Assembly: GCA_051294375.1 (NCBI GenBank) | Contig: CM119263.1 | Coordinates: forward strand, 1,075,756-1,139,755 | From: Paraspadella gotoi | Taxonomy: Eukaryota > Animalia > Chaetognatha | Direction of reading: 5' to 3' | Length of the DNA: 64,000 bases | Shown: one piece after another, positions 13,755 through 28,622 of the stretch | How the letters are laid out: each line of letters opens with the position of its first letter | How positions within the stretch are numbered: position 1 is the stretch's first letter | The notes under the pieces: generated by a model | Database searches by the model: none | What the model was told of the DNA's origin: nothing | What the model saw: only the letters and a program-made list of their open reading frames with translations | Translations under genes and position numbers: made by a program

Positions 13755-14926
13755 TATCATGACGCAATCTCCCCAATCAGCATCAGACGAGCATGAGTCT
13801 GCGCGTTTCTCTTTCGTCACGAACGATGCGCTCGTCTGACGAAAACAAACCACTTCATCGTCGCCGAACAGAATTCGGAAGGAAGATTTCTGAATTTTTG
13901 GAAAACTCGAATCTTTGACGTCGTAAAACGAAGATTTTCTTGGACGGACCAGAAGGAGTTCGCCGCCACCACGAGAAGGAGTTGAGAGAAGGACCGGTAG
14001 ATGCTGGGAGAGGGTGTGAAAATCCATGGCGGGCGGAAGACCGGAATCTCAACGACGACCAACTCTGACTTTTCATGTTCAAAACGTAAAAAATTCGTTA
14101 AAGGCATTTTTATCACAACTGCCCTCCGATGAATGTAAACCTTCTTCTTTCAGTCTAGTAGCGACGGCAAAGTGTAAAGCGAGGTGAAGGCCGAATCGAC
14201 CATTCCGTCGGAAAAATGATGAGAAACAATTAATCTCCGGATTCAAAAATTGAATTAATGTATTTGTTATAAAAAACATTCTTTGGAATGCACGTTTTTT
14301 CAACTCCTAATCTCCGCCTTCCCCTTCGGCCGAAGTTCCTCCAGGAATAAACCGTTTTCCTTTCGAAACTCCAGCCCTGGTGCCGATTCTGCTGAGGGAC
14401 TTACGACCTATTGGGAATGCAGGCGCTTGAATTCCGCAAGGGAGAGAGAGAAAAGTTTCCTGATCGTTCTGGCTCGTAAAAGCCTCTCTGTTGCCGTATG
14501 CAAATAAAGTAAATTCAGTTTTTCTCTATAACAGCGAAAGCAGCATAGGTTGTCCTGACGGAATGTTCCGACTCTAGTATGTGCTANNNNNNNNNNNNNN
14601 NNNNNNNNNNNCAGTTGCTTGAATTCGTTGCCAGCGAAGATCGTGAGAATCAACTTCAGCGACGAAGACAAAATTTTCGGGTAGAAATAAATTTTTGCCC
14701 CAATTAAATTGACCTCCACCCCAGAATAAGATTTTCCCATCGACTTCGGCGGCGACGAAACCGTCACCGATAAAGAATCTCTTTGTTTTCGACCAATCAC
14801 CGTATCGTAGGCGTTTGAGGAAAGTAGGAGACTGAAAGATTGGCGGAGCGGATATGAGGTGAGGAGGAAGAGGAAGTTGGAGGCGTTCGTGGAAGATTGG
14901 ATCATCCGAGTCGACTTTCGGCGAGG
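13755..14926 (-). CDS. Kelch-repeat beta-propeller protein, KLHDC1/KLHDC2-like; long exon, frameshifted downstream of the 25-N gap
   Basis: After the acceptor TTTTTTCCCAG at 14927 the frame is clean: ...GFVAAEVDGKILFWGGGQFNWGKNLFLPENFVFVAEVDSHDLRWQRIQATG. Below 14586, stitching across indels gives HQGWSFE..VY..GG, NTLIQF.NPE..PSPR.HFAVA..KVYIH.G..NEFF..NMKSQSW and MDFHTLS..LLLV.G, which are successive Kelch blades with GG and W signatures. The 3' boundary is approximate. Confidence 0.75.
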
Positions 14927-15062
14927 CTGGGAAAAAAGGAATTTTTATTTAATTAAAGATTTCAAAATTAAGTACATAAATAAAGTAAATAAAATTTAAA
15001 GATAAGAAAAGATAAAAAGTAAACGAATTCTATGAACAAAAGTTGAATGAAAGAAAAAAATA

Positions 15063-15166
<104 letters not shown>

Positions 15167-15355
15167 AACAAACAAACAAACAAACAAACAAACAAACAAA
15201 CAAACAAACAAACAAACATACAAACAAACAAACAAAGAAACGAACAAACAAACAAAAAAAACTGCGAGTGAAAAAATAAAATGACTGAATAAATAAAAAG
15301 CAAAAAAGTTGTTAAAATAGCCTAAGTAAATAATATTTACTTACACTAAATATAC

Positions 15356-15578
15356 CTGAAATGACAGGCTGCCCTCTGGATGCAGGCGGATGAGGTTGTA
15401 AAGGCAAAGACGTATTATTCAAATTTTCAGCTGGAAGTGAAGTCAAAGACGTTTTTTCGTCCTCATCGCTAACGTCTACATCCTCCAAGTCTTTCATAAT
15501 TTGCAGTAGAATTCCTTCCAACATATGAGCCTTGGTAACTTTCTCCTTCAGCCTGGAATACCTTCTTTCCACTTCCTC
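15356..15578 (-). CDS. upstream exon of the Kelch gene (helical/acidic N-terminal region), 5' part lost in an N gap
   Basis: The open frame ERRYSRLKEKVTKAHMLEGILLQIMKDLEDVDVSDEDE...PVIS ends at TCAG|GTATAT. Phase 1 joins in frame to the 14926 exon. Confidence 0.6.
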
Positions 15579-16926
15579 NNNNNNNNNNNNNNNNNNNNNN
15601 NNNNNNNNNNNNNNNNNNNNNNNNNNNNNNNNNNNNNNNNNNNNNNNNNNNNNNNNNNNNNNNNNNNNNNNNNNNNNNNNNNNNNNNNNNNNNNNNNNNN
15701 NNNNNNNNNNNNNNNNNNNNNNNNNNNNNNNNNNNNNNNNNNNNNNNNNNNNNNNNNNNNNNNNNNNNNNNNNNNNNNNNNNNNNNNNNNNNNNNNNNNN
15801 NNNNNNNNNNNNNNNNNNNNNNNNNNNNNNNNNNNNNNNNNNNNNNNNNNNNNNNNNNNNNNNNNNNNNNNNNNNNNNNNNNNNNNNNNNNNNNNNNNNN
15901 NNNNNNNNNNNNNNNNNNNNNNNNNNNNNNNNNNNNNNNNNNNNNNNNNNNNNNNNNNNNNNNNNNNNNNNNNNNNNNNNNNNNNNNNNNNNNNNNNNNN
16001 NNNNNNNNNNNNNNNNNNNNNNNNNNNNNNNNNNNNNNNNNNNNNNNNNNNNNNNNNNNNNNNNNNNNNNNNNNNNNNNNNNNNNNNNNNNNNNNNNNNN
16101 NNNNNNNNNNNNNNNNNNNNNNNNNNNNNNNNNNNNNNNNNNNNNNNNNNNNNNNNNNNNNNNNNNNNNNNNNNNNNNNNNNNNNNNNNNNNNNNNNNNN
16201 NNNNNNNNNNNNNNNNNNNNNNNNNNNNNNNNNNNNNNNNNNNNNNNNNNNNNNNNNNNNNNNNNNNNNNNNNNNNNNNNNNNNNNNNNNNNNNNNNNNN
16301 NNNNNNNNNNNNNNNNNNNNNNNNNNNNNNNNNNNNNNNNNNNNNNNNNNNNNNNNNNNNNNNNNNNNNNNNNNNNNNNNNNNNNNNNNNNNNNNAAGAG
16401 AGAGACATCGTACTCTCATCATCTGTTCGTCTCTTACCGGGCGAAAGACGCGCCGAGGAAGAGTAATTTGTCTACGCGGGATGTCGGATCAAAATGGCGC
16501 CCGGGTAGCGAAGATGGTTCACGCGTGATGGCGAGTAGGGATTGCAGTTGAGCTTTGGGGAGATTTTCTTTGTGTGAAATTTGGAATCTGGGTGCGTTCC
16601 GTCTCGTCGGGTTTATTTTCCAAGAACGCCCTATTTCATCTTAATTTCTGAATTAGGTTAAATGGTTAGGGTTGAGGATTAAGGTTCAAGGTTAAAGGTT
16701 AGGGTTAGAAAGTAGATTAGGAATTTGGCTACGATTAAAAGAATACAATTTGGTTAAATATTTAGGTTAAAATTAAATTCCGGGATAAAGGAAAAGAAAT
16801 GGAGCGCTCTTGGAAAAGAGTGTCTTTTCGTCAATGCCCCGCGTGATTACGGGCTTGACTGCGATTCCGACTAAATGACCAAAATCGATCTTATGTGTGA
16901 ACCCGCACGGCACAAGCGCCAGACCA

Positions 16927-17030
<104 letters not shown>

Positions 17031-17619
17031 AACCATTAACTTTTACTTATCGTGCGGAACTGTGTTGTTAAATTTTATATCTGAGACAACGATGTCAAAG
17101 ATTTATGATATTGTATTTCGAATTTATTTTTTATCAATTTTTCTTTGAAAACATTCAATTTAAATGAATCCAAGTTTTTCACATTTTTCATTTTTTATAT
17201 TATTTTTTATATTTTAAGAATTATGTAAAAAAATATTTTAAATAAATGTAAATTATTCAAATTTTAATCTTGTATAAAATAAATGTATAAATAAAAAAAA
17301 TGCATATATTAAAAAAAAAATAATAAAAATAAGCTAATTATTTTAATATTTAAATTCCATTATTTTAAGTTGTGAGCGATTGAATCATTAAGCCAGAACA
17401 AATTGTTCGAGTTGGTTGGTCGCCAGTACCCCCATTGGCGACCTCCCCAGTGATAAAAGTAGCGAATATAATGAAAGGCGCGAGTTAGAGGAGAGGCTCG
17501 CTCGATGTTGAGGACACGGGGGATGAACGCATCACCCAAGGGCTCCTCCCCCAAACCCTAACCTAAACCGGGCCTCCCGTTCAAACTCACTGCCCCTCCC
17601 CCAACCCTAACCCTAACAT

Positions 17620-17876
17620 AATGTATGCAAGTTGACGAAATTTGCCCAGTTTGAACCAAGCGTCTGTCAGTTGACAAAATTATGCAAGTTGACAAAATTA
17701 TGCCAGCTGGTAATGGCGCAGCTACTGTAATGATTGATAGATTGTAAAGAAGTCTGATATGATCTGTTAAGATCGTAAATTGAAAGTCAGAAAGAATTAC
17801 CGTGATTTATCATCGAATTAGCTTATTACCGCTTAATTATCGTAGGCAGAACCGGCATTGTTTGCTCAAACTTGTT
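17620..17876 (+). mobile_element. dispersed repeat family X, copy 2
   Basis: Similarity to 11233-11610. Preceded by CCCTAA telomere-like repeats at 17555-17617. Confidence 0.65.
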
Positions 17877-18024
17877 TAAATCTAAGCCAAATTTTAAAAA
17901 CCATCTGTCGGGAAAATTAAACCGTAAAAGGTTCACATTCAAAAATTTTCAGAAAAAGACGTGAAGTAAACAAAGATGGCGGAAGGAAGGTGACTCAGTG
18001 CATAGAGACGGGTTTTGAAAAAGT

Positions 18025-18262
18025 AAGGTGAGGCTAAGAAAAGGTGAGGTTAGGCAAATTAAGGATGAGGTGAGGCCGAGAAAATGTGAGATGAGGCCAC
18101 TTAAGGGTGATGTGAGGCCATTTAAGGGTGAGGTGAGGCCAAGAAAAGGTGAGGTGAGGCAAATTAAAGATGACGTGAGGCCGAGAAAAGGTGAGATGAG
18201 GCCACTTAACTTAAGGGTGAGGTAAGGCAACTTAAGGGTGAGGTGAGGCCAAGAAAAGGTGA
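18025..18262. repeat. 21-bp minisatellite (AAGGTGAGGTGAGGCCAAGAA-like), about 11 copies
   Basis: GTGAGG recurs at 21-bp periodicity. Confidence 0.9.
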
Positions 18263-18458
18263 AGTTAGTTTCTTTTAATAATTTGGGCCGAGAAAAGTCA
18301 GTGCGAAATCGGGCGTGACCATTGGCGCCGAGACATTGTTGCCATAACAACACGGTAAACCGTCTGAAAATTGTTTTTCCCTTTCCCTTTTACTCTTTTG
18401 TTTTGTTTTTGTGCGAGTTTTCCTTTTTTAGTTTCCCTTAATTCCTAAACTCTTTTCC

Positions 18459-18527
<69 letters not shown>

Positions 18528-20395
18528 CTTAATTCCCAAACTCTTTTCTCTCTCTTCCTGTTTTCCTTTTCTTGCCTCTGAATCCCTTCTTCCGCCCTCA
18601 ATTTTTTGGGGGCTGTTTGTATTTTATCTATTTATTGTATTCATTGTATTTTCATTTTTTTGTTCAAATTTTGAAAATGGCGTCAATATGTCTAGACTTT
18701 TCTTTTGTTGACTTTAAGGTTGAATATGAAGAGAGTTTAACTAAGAAATAATATTCATCGTTAAAATATTTTTTTATTTAGGTAAAGGTTGTTAAAAATG
18801 TTCACTTGAGGCTTCTCTCTCTCTCCTCTCTTTTTTACTTTTTCTCTCTCTCACTCTCACTCCATCTCTTTTCTTTCTTATTTTTCTCTAATTACCATTT
18901 TATATAATAAACACTCACTCCCCCCAAAACAACAAAATACATTCACACTCCGCCCATTCACCATTCCCTCTTTTCTCCGCAGCGGCCGACCGCAGCTGCC
19001 TTCCGCTGCTCCGCCGCGTCTCTTCAGCCGCATGCCCCGGCCAGCCGCAGCTTCGTTTGCGTTTAACTCTTTTTGTTTACGATTCGTTTCTTCGACGTAA
19101 ACAAAACGTAAACAAAGCATTCGGCCGACGCCAAAATTCGGGGGAAAAAAACCAACAAATATTCGGAGCTAATCTGATAAAAACGAGAAATGGACGACCC
19201 GAGGAAAAAAGGTTGAAAAGGCTAGGCGGTAGATGGGAGTTGTGGTCTTCATTGTGGTCGTTTATGGTCAATTGTGGTCAATTGTGGTCAATTGTGGTCG
19301 ATGTGGTGATGATTCATTGTTTTCATTCTAATTAATTTGTTTTTTCGTTTCCGTAAAATAAAAAAAAATCGTCTAAAGTTGCATTTATTCATAATATGAA
19401 ATTGGTACAGCCATTCTATATATATTTCAGAATTATTGAATTTCCAAAAGATTGCATTCAGCTTTGCAGGCAAATTTTAAAACAATTAAACAATATATTC
19501 TTTTCTTCATCTGAACGATAGATTTTTCGAAAATATATTTAATTCGTCGAAAACTATAAAATAACAACTACAAAATCAACAACAACAACGACGACGACGA
19601 CATCTGAAGCATCAACGGACGCGAGTTTTGAAGATTAACAAAAGTAAGATGCGGAAGGAAAAATGGGAAAATTATTTTTTATGCAAAAAAAATTAATTCG
19701 AGATTAAATGTATTTTAGTGATTGAACTCGTGTTTAAAATACTCATTTTTCTCCTTTTTTATTTGAAACGAATCATTTATAATTATATTATAAATTAGTA
19801 AAGCTTTTGTTAGTTCCGTTCGCTCCGCACAGCGCTTGCGAGCGACACCTCGAAATCCAAAACGGAAAAGATGGCAAAACAAAATAGCAAAGTTTTAGCT
19901 TTTATTTAAATTTAGATCGTCTCGTCCAAGAGCTTGTTTGGCTAATTACGAATAAAATTTAAGTTTTATTTTTTTATTTTTTTATTTTTTTATTAGGATT
20001 TCTTGTTAGTGATTCTCTTTTTTTTTAATTTACGTTTTCGGGACATTTAAATTAAGTTTTATTTTCTTAAACTACTTTCAGTTGCACCGCGAAAAAAATT
20101 TAATCAAGTCTCAAGAAAAGATTTAATCTGAACTTTGGGGTTAATGGTAAAACCATGAAGAGAGGAGCCTAGAAGATGGAGGAAAAAAAGATAATGAGCC
20201 AGGAGAGAAAAAGAGAGAGACGAGGAGAGAGAGGGGGAGAGAGAGAGAGAGAGAGAGAGGAGACGAGAGAGAGAGAGAGGGAGAGAGAGAGAGAGAGAGA
20301 AAGGAGGGCATACAAGAGCGCAAAGGTATGAGGTCAAATAGAATGTTAAGTGTTAAATCGCAATAGAAAGAAGGAAAGAGGATCTGAACTGAAAG

Positions 20396-20433
<38 letters not shown>

Positions 20434-20602
20434 AGAGAGAGAGAGAGAGAGAGAGGAGAGAGAAGAGAGAGAGAGAGAGATGAGAGGTGAAATTGAAGTC
20501 GGCAATTACTTGGAATTGGGTTGAAAGGTTTAATAGGTTCAAAACTTAGGCCGAAGAATGAGAATCCGCGGTAACAATAACCTATTGGTAATGAAAGCGT
20601 GA

Positions 20603-20646
<44 letters not shown>

Positions 20647-21104
20647 AGTGAGGGAGACGAGAGAGAGAGAAGAGAGAGAGGAGAGAGAGAGAGAGAGAGC
20701 AAGAAATTGCGGCTAGAAAGATACGAGGTTAAGTGATAGAAAAGCTTTTACGAGAGATAGAAGGAGAACAGAGATAGAAGGTTGACTATAAAGGCTAAGA
20801 GTCCCCGACTAATGAAATCCATCTCGAGGCGAGAAAAAGAGATAAAGGAAAAAGCGCGAGACACAAAACAAAACCTGGGAAAACAAAAGGCGAAATAAAA
20901 TCGACGAAAAACAACGGAAAGTAAACAATGTCAAGTAAACACGTGATTACAAATAGTGATTAATTTTATGTATAAAAAAAGAAATTTATTTTCAGAAGAT
21001 AAAGATAAAATGATCAAATTTAGAAATGTTTAAATAAAGTTTCGGAAAAATAAAAAATATGAATAGACGAGCGAAAAAATGGTTAGGTAATGAAAAAGTG
21101 TAAC

Positions 21105-21498
21105 AAACAAGAACGGTATTCAAATGTGTTGCGCCGCAGTGAGTGCCTTATCATGTGAATTTTCTTGTGACATGACATGACATGACGTGACGTGACGTGA
21201 CTACAATAACTTTTCTTAGCCGGTGTATTTCTGACACGCACTGCATCGGAATTTTTTTTTTATTCTTTATAGTTTTAGGATTTCCTGAAAGATGCACTAG
21301 CACTCCTTTAGATTTGAGGTTTTTTCCTATCTTGACAAATGAGCAACCAACTTATATATGCAAGTTATGAAGCATTTTTAATGTAAGTGGGACAGACCGA
21401 CGTACAGATTATTGACCGACTGACCGACGGAACGACCGACAGACGACGAAAAGTGACTTATAGAGTTGCTCCGCGAGTACTCGCGGCGCAACTAAAAA
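21105..21498 (-). mobile_element. HINE/DINE-1-like (Helentron-associated) non-autonomous element, family Y, near full length
   Basis: The minus-strand 5' end TTTTTAGTTGCGCCGC-GAGTACTC-GCGGAGCAACT is a palindrome, followed by a (GTCG)n microsatellite. The subterminal inverted repeat GTTGCGCCGC/GCGGCGCAAC recurs near 21128, and the 3' end is CTTGTTT. Confidence 0.7.
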
Positions 21499-22280
21499 GG
21501 ACCTAGGATAAGTTTAAAAAAAATGTCAAGGAAAGAAAAAAAAGCATAAGACAAAATGTGAAACGGTTCAAGGTAAGAAGCTTTCACGATTTGTCTCAGA
21601 AAGTGAGGATATCGTGGAGATGTTCGTTGAGATTTCGTGAGATGTCGTGTTATTTTGTGAGATTTCGTGATATTTTGTGAGAGTTAAAAAGAAAAGTATA
21701 ACTCGTCACTACTTGTGCTTTGTTTCGACATATTTCTTTCTTAGTCAAGACAAGAATATATTTTATTTTTTACACTTGTTTGTCGATTGAGACATAAACT
21801 TTAATCAGACAGTTTAAAGAGTTGCTACAAGCATTTTTATCCTTCCTTACTTTTCCATATATCATAATTTAACATCATTAAACACGCTATAAAAGGCCTT
21901 CATTTTATTTACGACAAGATAAAATGGCCTCTTAATGGACGTTGTTCGAGATAATTTCCTCTCTCTTTTCATTTTCTCTTCTAAGTCGACTCATATTTCT
22001 TATCCAAGCTTCTCTCTTATCCAAGCTTCTCTCTTATCCAAGCTTCTCTCGTCCTGAAAAAAAGAAGTATAAGTAATCAAAAAGCCATATTATAAATATC
22101 ATTAAGAAAAATTAATTTTGAATACTATTTGTATACATTAAAAAAATATTATAATGGTTGTACAAATTTCCTATAAAAAGGCAATGTTTATGAATAGTTC
22201 ATGAAGTTGAGGCCGAGGGATACAAATAGTCAGCGGAAATGGTTATGAATAGCAAGTGAACAAGCAATTAATAGCAAGCG

Positions 22281-22366
22281 AGCCGGCAATGAATCGCCTG
22301 TGAGCCGGCAATGAATCGCCTGTGAGCCGGCAATGAATCGCCTGTGAGCCGGCAATGAATCGCCTG
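22281..22366. repeat. 22-bp minisatellite (AGCCGGCAATGAATCGCCTGTG), 4 copies
   Basis: Exact tandem units. Confidence 0.9.
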
Positions 22367-24069
22367 CAAACGTGAAAGGAACGGAGGCCTGAATGTGTTT
22401 CGGCGACTCACAGGGCGCCAGTGAAAGACACTCACCGACGGTTAATGTTTTTCCCTTCATCAACATCAACCACAATTTTTTTCTGTTATGTTCTTTTCAA
22501 GGCGACGGAGGCGGACGGACGGACGGACGGACGGACGGACGGACGGACGGACGGACGGACGGATGTGTGGACGAGCTGGCGAAGGTAAGGAACTTGTTTG
22601 GCGAAAAGGGTGAAAGACTGTATAACAGTATGACACACTGACTGACTAACAGATATCATACTTCTCACATAATGGCTTCTAAATAAATCCTTAATTAAAA
22701 AGTTTGTATGGAGTCGAGTATTTTTTTTTTTTTTTTTTTTTTTGTAATCAGAAAATATTGAGAATCGCAATTGACCGAAATTCTTTCTTTCATTTCATTT
22801 CCGTTTCTCTTTTGAAGATAAGAGAAATTTTTATCTTTCCATTTATTCATTAATAATAGAACCATACATACATACATACCTGTGAAAATGTTTCTTCCTT
22901 TCACGCCAGCATAAACTAACATTCGTCGTCCGCTCGGAATGTTTTAACATAGGCTCCAAATAGAATAAAAAAGAGTTTCATATATTCCAGAAACTTTATT
23001 ATCAATAATTATTCACAGGAAACCTGTAACAACAGGGTATCCAAAGCGGGTGGACATATCAACTAAAAAACGTTTTTCCAATATCTTCTACTTTGGGAAT
23101 GGACTGAAAAGGTCACTAAAAATTGGCCCAAGGCCGAAATAAGCAAATTATGGTAGGACGAGGGATCGAAGATCGAAAGAGAAATAAAATCATACTATTC
23201 TCAACAATACCACTCTGCCATCACATTTAAAACGGAACATGAGGTCAAAAATATTTAACGGACATTTAAGTAGATTTTGAAGTGGAGCCCGACAGCTACA
23301 GCTAATATGTTACGAATAGCTAGTGAGCTGGAAAATAGCTGGGAAATTGCTAAGTTGACATTTCAAATACATATTAAATACTACGTTAATTTTAATTTCA
23401 CTCTCTGTATCATCAACGGTATTGACCAAATGCAGCAGGCGGCTGCAATGCTCCTCTCTCTCTCTCTCTCCTCTTTCCAAGGCGCGCCGAAATTATTGAC
23501 GCCGATCTCAGTCGCACGAATCGGCGCCACTTAAAGATTCGCCCTTTTTTCATTTCCCTCCCCAACAGAAAAGATAGGAGCAAATTTTCCATGAGGAGAA
23601 AACATTCATCGTCGTTGCTTCTCGTTTTCTGCTCCGACGCCGCCGCCGCCGACGCCGCCGCCGACGCCGCCGAGCAGCTTAACCAGATGACGCCGACGGC
23701 GATGGAACCATTGCCGTAATTGCGGGATCAAAGTCATGCCATCGACTTGTGTCGATGCCATCTCAAGATCATGGAGGTCTCTGGCGATCCTCCTTTTCGT
23801 TGTAGGACATTTGCGACTCTTGATGAGAAGTGACCATCTGAATTGTCAACGATTACATTGCCACGAGTCACAACCAAAAATAGAAACGGATTTCCAAGAA
23901 ATGTCAGCCATTCTTGCTACTTCTCTATAATTTTTTTTAACATGTAAGAAGAACCAACTGTGGCGATTCTGTCATCGATACGATGAGTGTCATTTCTGTA
24001 ATAAAACCGCAATATAAAGGCCGCCGATGTCATTGCTATCGTCCACTCTGAGAAGAAGACGAGAAAGAG

Positions 24070-24107
<38 letters not shown>

Positions 24108-24623
24108 AGACGAAGACGACGAAGACCAAAAGGACGACGAACGAAGACACGAAGAACGATATTCGTTGAACTCCACGCGATTAGAGATTTGGGTCGCCCT
24201 CTGGGTCCAGCGCCCTTTCTCTTTTTCTTTCTTTTCTTTCTTTTCTTTTCTTTTCTTTTCTTTTCTTTTCTTTTCTTTTCTTTTCTTTTCTTTTCTTTTC
24301 TTTTCTTTTCTTTTCTTTTCTTTTCTTTTCTCTTACATTCCGTCTTTTTATTTTCTCTTAATTTCTTCATTTTATTTTTTCCCTAAATTTTATTTTCCCT
24401 CATTTTTTTTACAGAAAAGTACAAAATATGAAAAATTTAAATTCGTTTTCCCGTTTTATGAATTAATTTCCTTTTGTTGTCGCATCGAAATTATTTTGAG
24501 CGAAAAGGTTAATCGATGCAGCCCCAGCCCCAGCCCCAGCAGAAGCAGTAATTGAAACGAAGACCGTAAAAGTAAAAGGAGTAAACAAAGAAAGTTTTAT
24601 AACGAAAATAAAAAAAAGGAAAT

Positions 24624-24744
<121 letters not shown>

Positions 24745-24854
24745 ACGACAATGCCGGGCCGAAAAATCGACGTCGACGACGACGACAATGCTGACATCAG
24801 CGATGACAAAGTTATCGACAATGACGATGATTTGAAATTTCGGGTGACAATGAA

Positions 24855-24891
<37 letters not shown>

Positions 24892-25235
24892 CGCTCGATA
24901 AAGAATAATGTTTCAAGAAATTAAAAAAGAAAATTTAAATTTTTATGATTTTAATTTCATGAAATCTCGAGAACGTCGTTAGGAGTCTCAGCCTATCGTG
25001 GCATCTGTCGTTGGGAGATGCCGGCACCTGTCACGACCGAAGCGTTGTGACGACATTTTATGCCGAAACCTGAATTTTTATTTTTATTATTAAAATATTG
25101 AAAAACGAAGCGAGAAAAATTTCGGGTGTTTTTAAAGAGAAAAAAAATCATTTTGAGCATAAATCAAAACTTGAAGTAAAAATGTGTAACGAGATAGATC
25201 ATTACGAACTCAGTATAGAAAAAAAGAAGATAGAT

Positions 25236-25326
<91 letters not shown>

Positions 25327-25330
25327 AGGA

Positions 25331-25549
25331 AGGATAGAAAGAAATAAAGAAAAGAGAAAACTCAGAGATGACACACAAGTTTGTAAAAAGTAAAAATTAG
25401 GCGCAACGAACTAAACCAAACAACGTAATTGTTGGCCAACAACAAAAATGGATAAAATCGATAAAACAATAACACAATCAACACTGATAAGAAAAGAAAA
25501 GAAAAGAAAAGAAAAGAAAAAAAAGAATAGAAAAAAAGGAAAAGAAAAG

Positions 25550-25583
<34 letters not shown>

Positions 25584-26013
25584 GAAAAGAAAAGAAAAGA
25601 AAAGAAAAGAAAAGAAAAGAAAAGAGAGTAGAAAAAAGAAAAGAAAGAAAAGAAAAAGGAAAAAAAGAAAAGAAAAAGAAAAGAAAAGAAAAGAAAGTAG
25701 AAAAAAAGAAAAGAAAGAAAAGAAAAAGGAAAGAAAAGAAAAAGAAAAGAAAAGAAAAGAAAGTAGACCGTTGGAAAAATGATTACAACTTTCAAGAGAG
25801 GGATTTACATATAACCAAAAAAAATTAAATAAATTCATGGGAATATTTTTTTTTTAATTTGATGAGGTTTTTGACTTAAAGAGAACTGAGTTCTCGCTAA
25901 ATATGAAGAGGAGGAGGAGGAGGAGGAGGAAGAAGAGAAGGAAGAGGAGGAAGAAGAGGATATAGAGGTAGAAAAAAGTGAGAAAATGAAAGATTTAAAA
26001 GAGAGAGAAAAAT

Positions 26014-26046
<33 letters not shown>

Positions 26047-26900
26047 NNNNNNNNNNNNNNNNNNNNNNNNNAGGATAGAAAGAAATAAAGAAAAGAGAAA
26101 ACTCAGAAGATGACACCACAAGTTTGTAAAGTGTAAAAAGTAAAAATTATAGGGCGCAAGCGAACTAAACAAAACAACGTAATTGTGGCCAACAACAAAA
26201 ATGGAATAAATCGAATAAAAACAATAACACAATCAACACTGATAGAAGAAAAGAAAAAGAGAACCAAGAAAGAAAAAAAAGGAAAAAGAATAGAAAAAAG
26301 AAAGAAACAAGATAAGGGAGGCGGAGAAGAAAAGAAAAGAAAAAAAGAAAAAAAGAAAAGAAGAAAGAGAAAAGAGAAAGAAAGAAGAAGAAGAAAAAGA
26401 GAAAGAAACGAAAAGAAAAAACGGAAAAAGGAAGAAGGAGAAGAAGAAAAGAAAAGGTAGAAAAAAAGAAGAGAAGAAAAGAAAGAAAGAGAAAAAGGAA
26501 AAGAGAGAGAAAAGAAGAAATGAGAGTGAAGTTACAATAAAAAGAGGAAAGAAAGTTACATATAAAAAAAGATTAATAAAAAAAAAAAAAGATCAAAGGG
26601 AAATTTTAAAAGAAGTAAAAAAAAATAGAAAAAAGGAACAGATATGAAAAGTGGGAGGGGTATAAAAAAGACTTAATGAATCGAGGGATTACACAAAAAA
26701 TAAACTGGAATTTTTTTATGAGAGTTTTGTAAGAAACTGAGTCTCGCGCTAAATAATTAAGAGGAGGAGGAGGAGGAGGAGGAGCGAAGAAAAGAGAAGG
26801 AAGAGGAGGAAGAAGAGGATATAGAGGTAGAAAAAAAGTGAGAAAATGAAAGATTTAAAGAGAGAGAAAAATGAGAGAGACAAGAGAGAGAGAGAGAAGA
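25331..26900. repeat. noisy tandem duplication across a 25-N gap (about 25331-26046 and 26072-26900)
   Basis: AGGATAGAAAGAAATAAAGAAAAGAGAAAACTCAG... and GAAGAGGATATAGAGGTAGAAAAAAGTGAG... recur with many indels. Confidence 0.8.
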
Positions 26901-27014
26901 GAGAGAGAAAGAATGAGAGTGAGAGAGAGAGAGGGAGAGAGAGAAGAAAAAAAGTAGAAAAATAGAGCAAAATTGGTAAAACTTTTTGGAGGGCAGGAAG
27001 ATCCGAAAATAGGT

Positions 27015-27103
<89 letters not shown>

Positions 27104-27232
27104 ATAGCGTCGTTACGAAGATGGAACTTTGCAATTGTCGAGGAATCGATTCTGACAAGAACAACAAACCCGTACTTCATTGGCTTTCCATCCCCTGAAA
27201 ATAAAAAGATGCCAGTTCTGAGAGAGAGTAGG

Positions 27233-27272
<40 letters not shown>

Positions 27273-28526
27273 TACTGGATTCTGCTTGTGGAACCAGATT
27301 CGCTTTCTTATTTATTTGCCCATTATTCTGTAATTTGTCCTCAGACACAAAAAGGACATAAGAAAAGCTGAAAAAAAATTAAAAACTAAAAAAAACAATG
27401 AAACAAAAGGAGAAACAATTAAAGAGAAAAGTGAAAAATATAAACAAATATATAAGCTTATTTATTAAATGAATAGATAATTTTTATAAGGGTTGTACCA
27501 ATTTCATAAATAGAGGAAATGAATAAAAGCATGAAAATGGATAAAAAAAAATTATATTACACAAAGTGGATTAGGAATTGATATCAAATAATATATTATA
27601 TTATGAAAATTTGCAAATTACTTGTTTCACTATTTTCTATTTTTATATTTTATGACGGATTTAGTATTTAATTTTTATTATTTAAACAAATATATATTGC
27701 TTTCTTTTTTAAAAATATATAATTAATATATTATATAATTAATTAAATATATATTATAATATATTCAACAAAATTTTCAATATTTCCGTTTCCTTTTTAG
27801 GCATTAACTCACATCACAGCGAGATTTCAAGATAAACTACTTCAAAATGTTAATGAGGAAAGAAAATGAAAATTTTATAAATCTTCGCATTAAAATTCAA
27901 AACCAATTTTGTTTTATAAAACCATTTTTATCTCAGACTTAGGTTTCACTAAACCCCAAAAGCTTTTATAAAAAAGTCATTTGCATACTCCAAGCATAGG
28001 ACTTGTAAATCAGAATATATCAGAGGAAAGTCAAGCGAACTTAAAGGTGAGTTGAAAATGCAAGAAAAAATTTCAGCAAGAAAAAATTTGACTCCAGAAG
28101 AAAAAACAAAATTAAGAAATAAATGTCGAAATAAAGAAAATTCGTAGAGTCAAATGAGACAATTAATTAATAAATGTTTCACGAAAAAAATGACTAAACA
28201 ACGTTTAAGAGGATAAAACAAGGAAAAAAAATAATGCAAATTTTCATTTAAATGACTTTAGGTCAAAAAAATATTCTAAAAACGAATGGGTTAAGTTAAT
28301 TCGTTCCGTAATTATATTAACGAGAATTAAAAGAAAGATATTAAAAGAAACGCGACATAACAAAGGAAGTAAAATTTGATATGCAAGAGGGCGCTCGTAG
28401 GCCTTCAGGCTTCACACAGGAGAGAGTCTCTTGCAGAATCCAAAACTACTTCTTCGGTCCGGAGAGGTTAAAAGGAATAACCCATTCTCATTCTTCAGTT
28501 TTTCCTTTTTTCTTTCTTTTCTTTTT

Positions 28527-28622
<96 letters not shown>

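Noticed and set aside
23640-24060. Short ORFs on either strand near 23.7-24.0 kb as a gene
   Set aside because: No recognisable motif and no consistent splice model.
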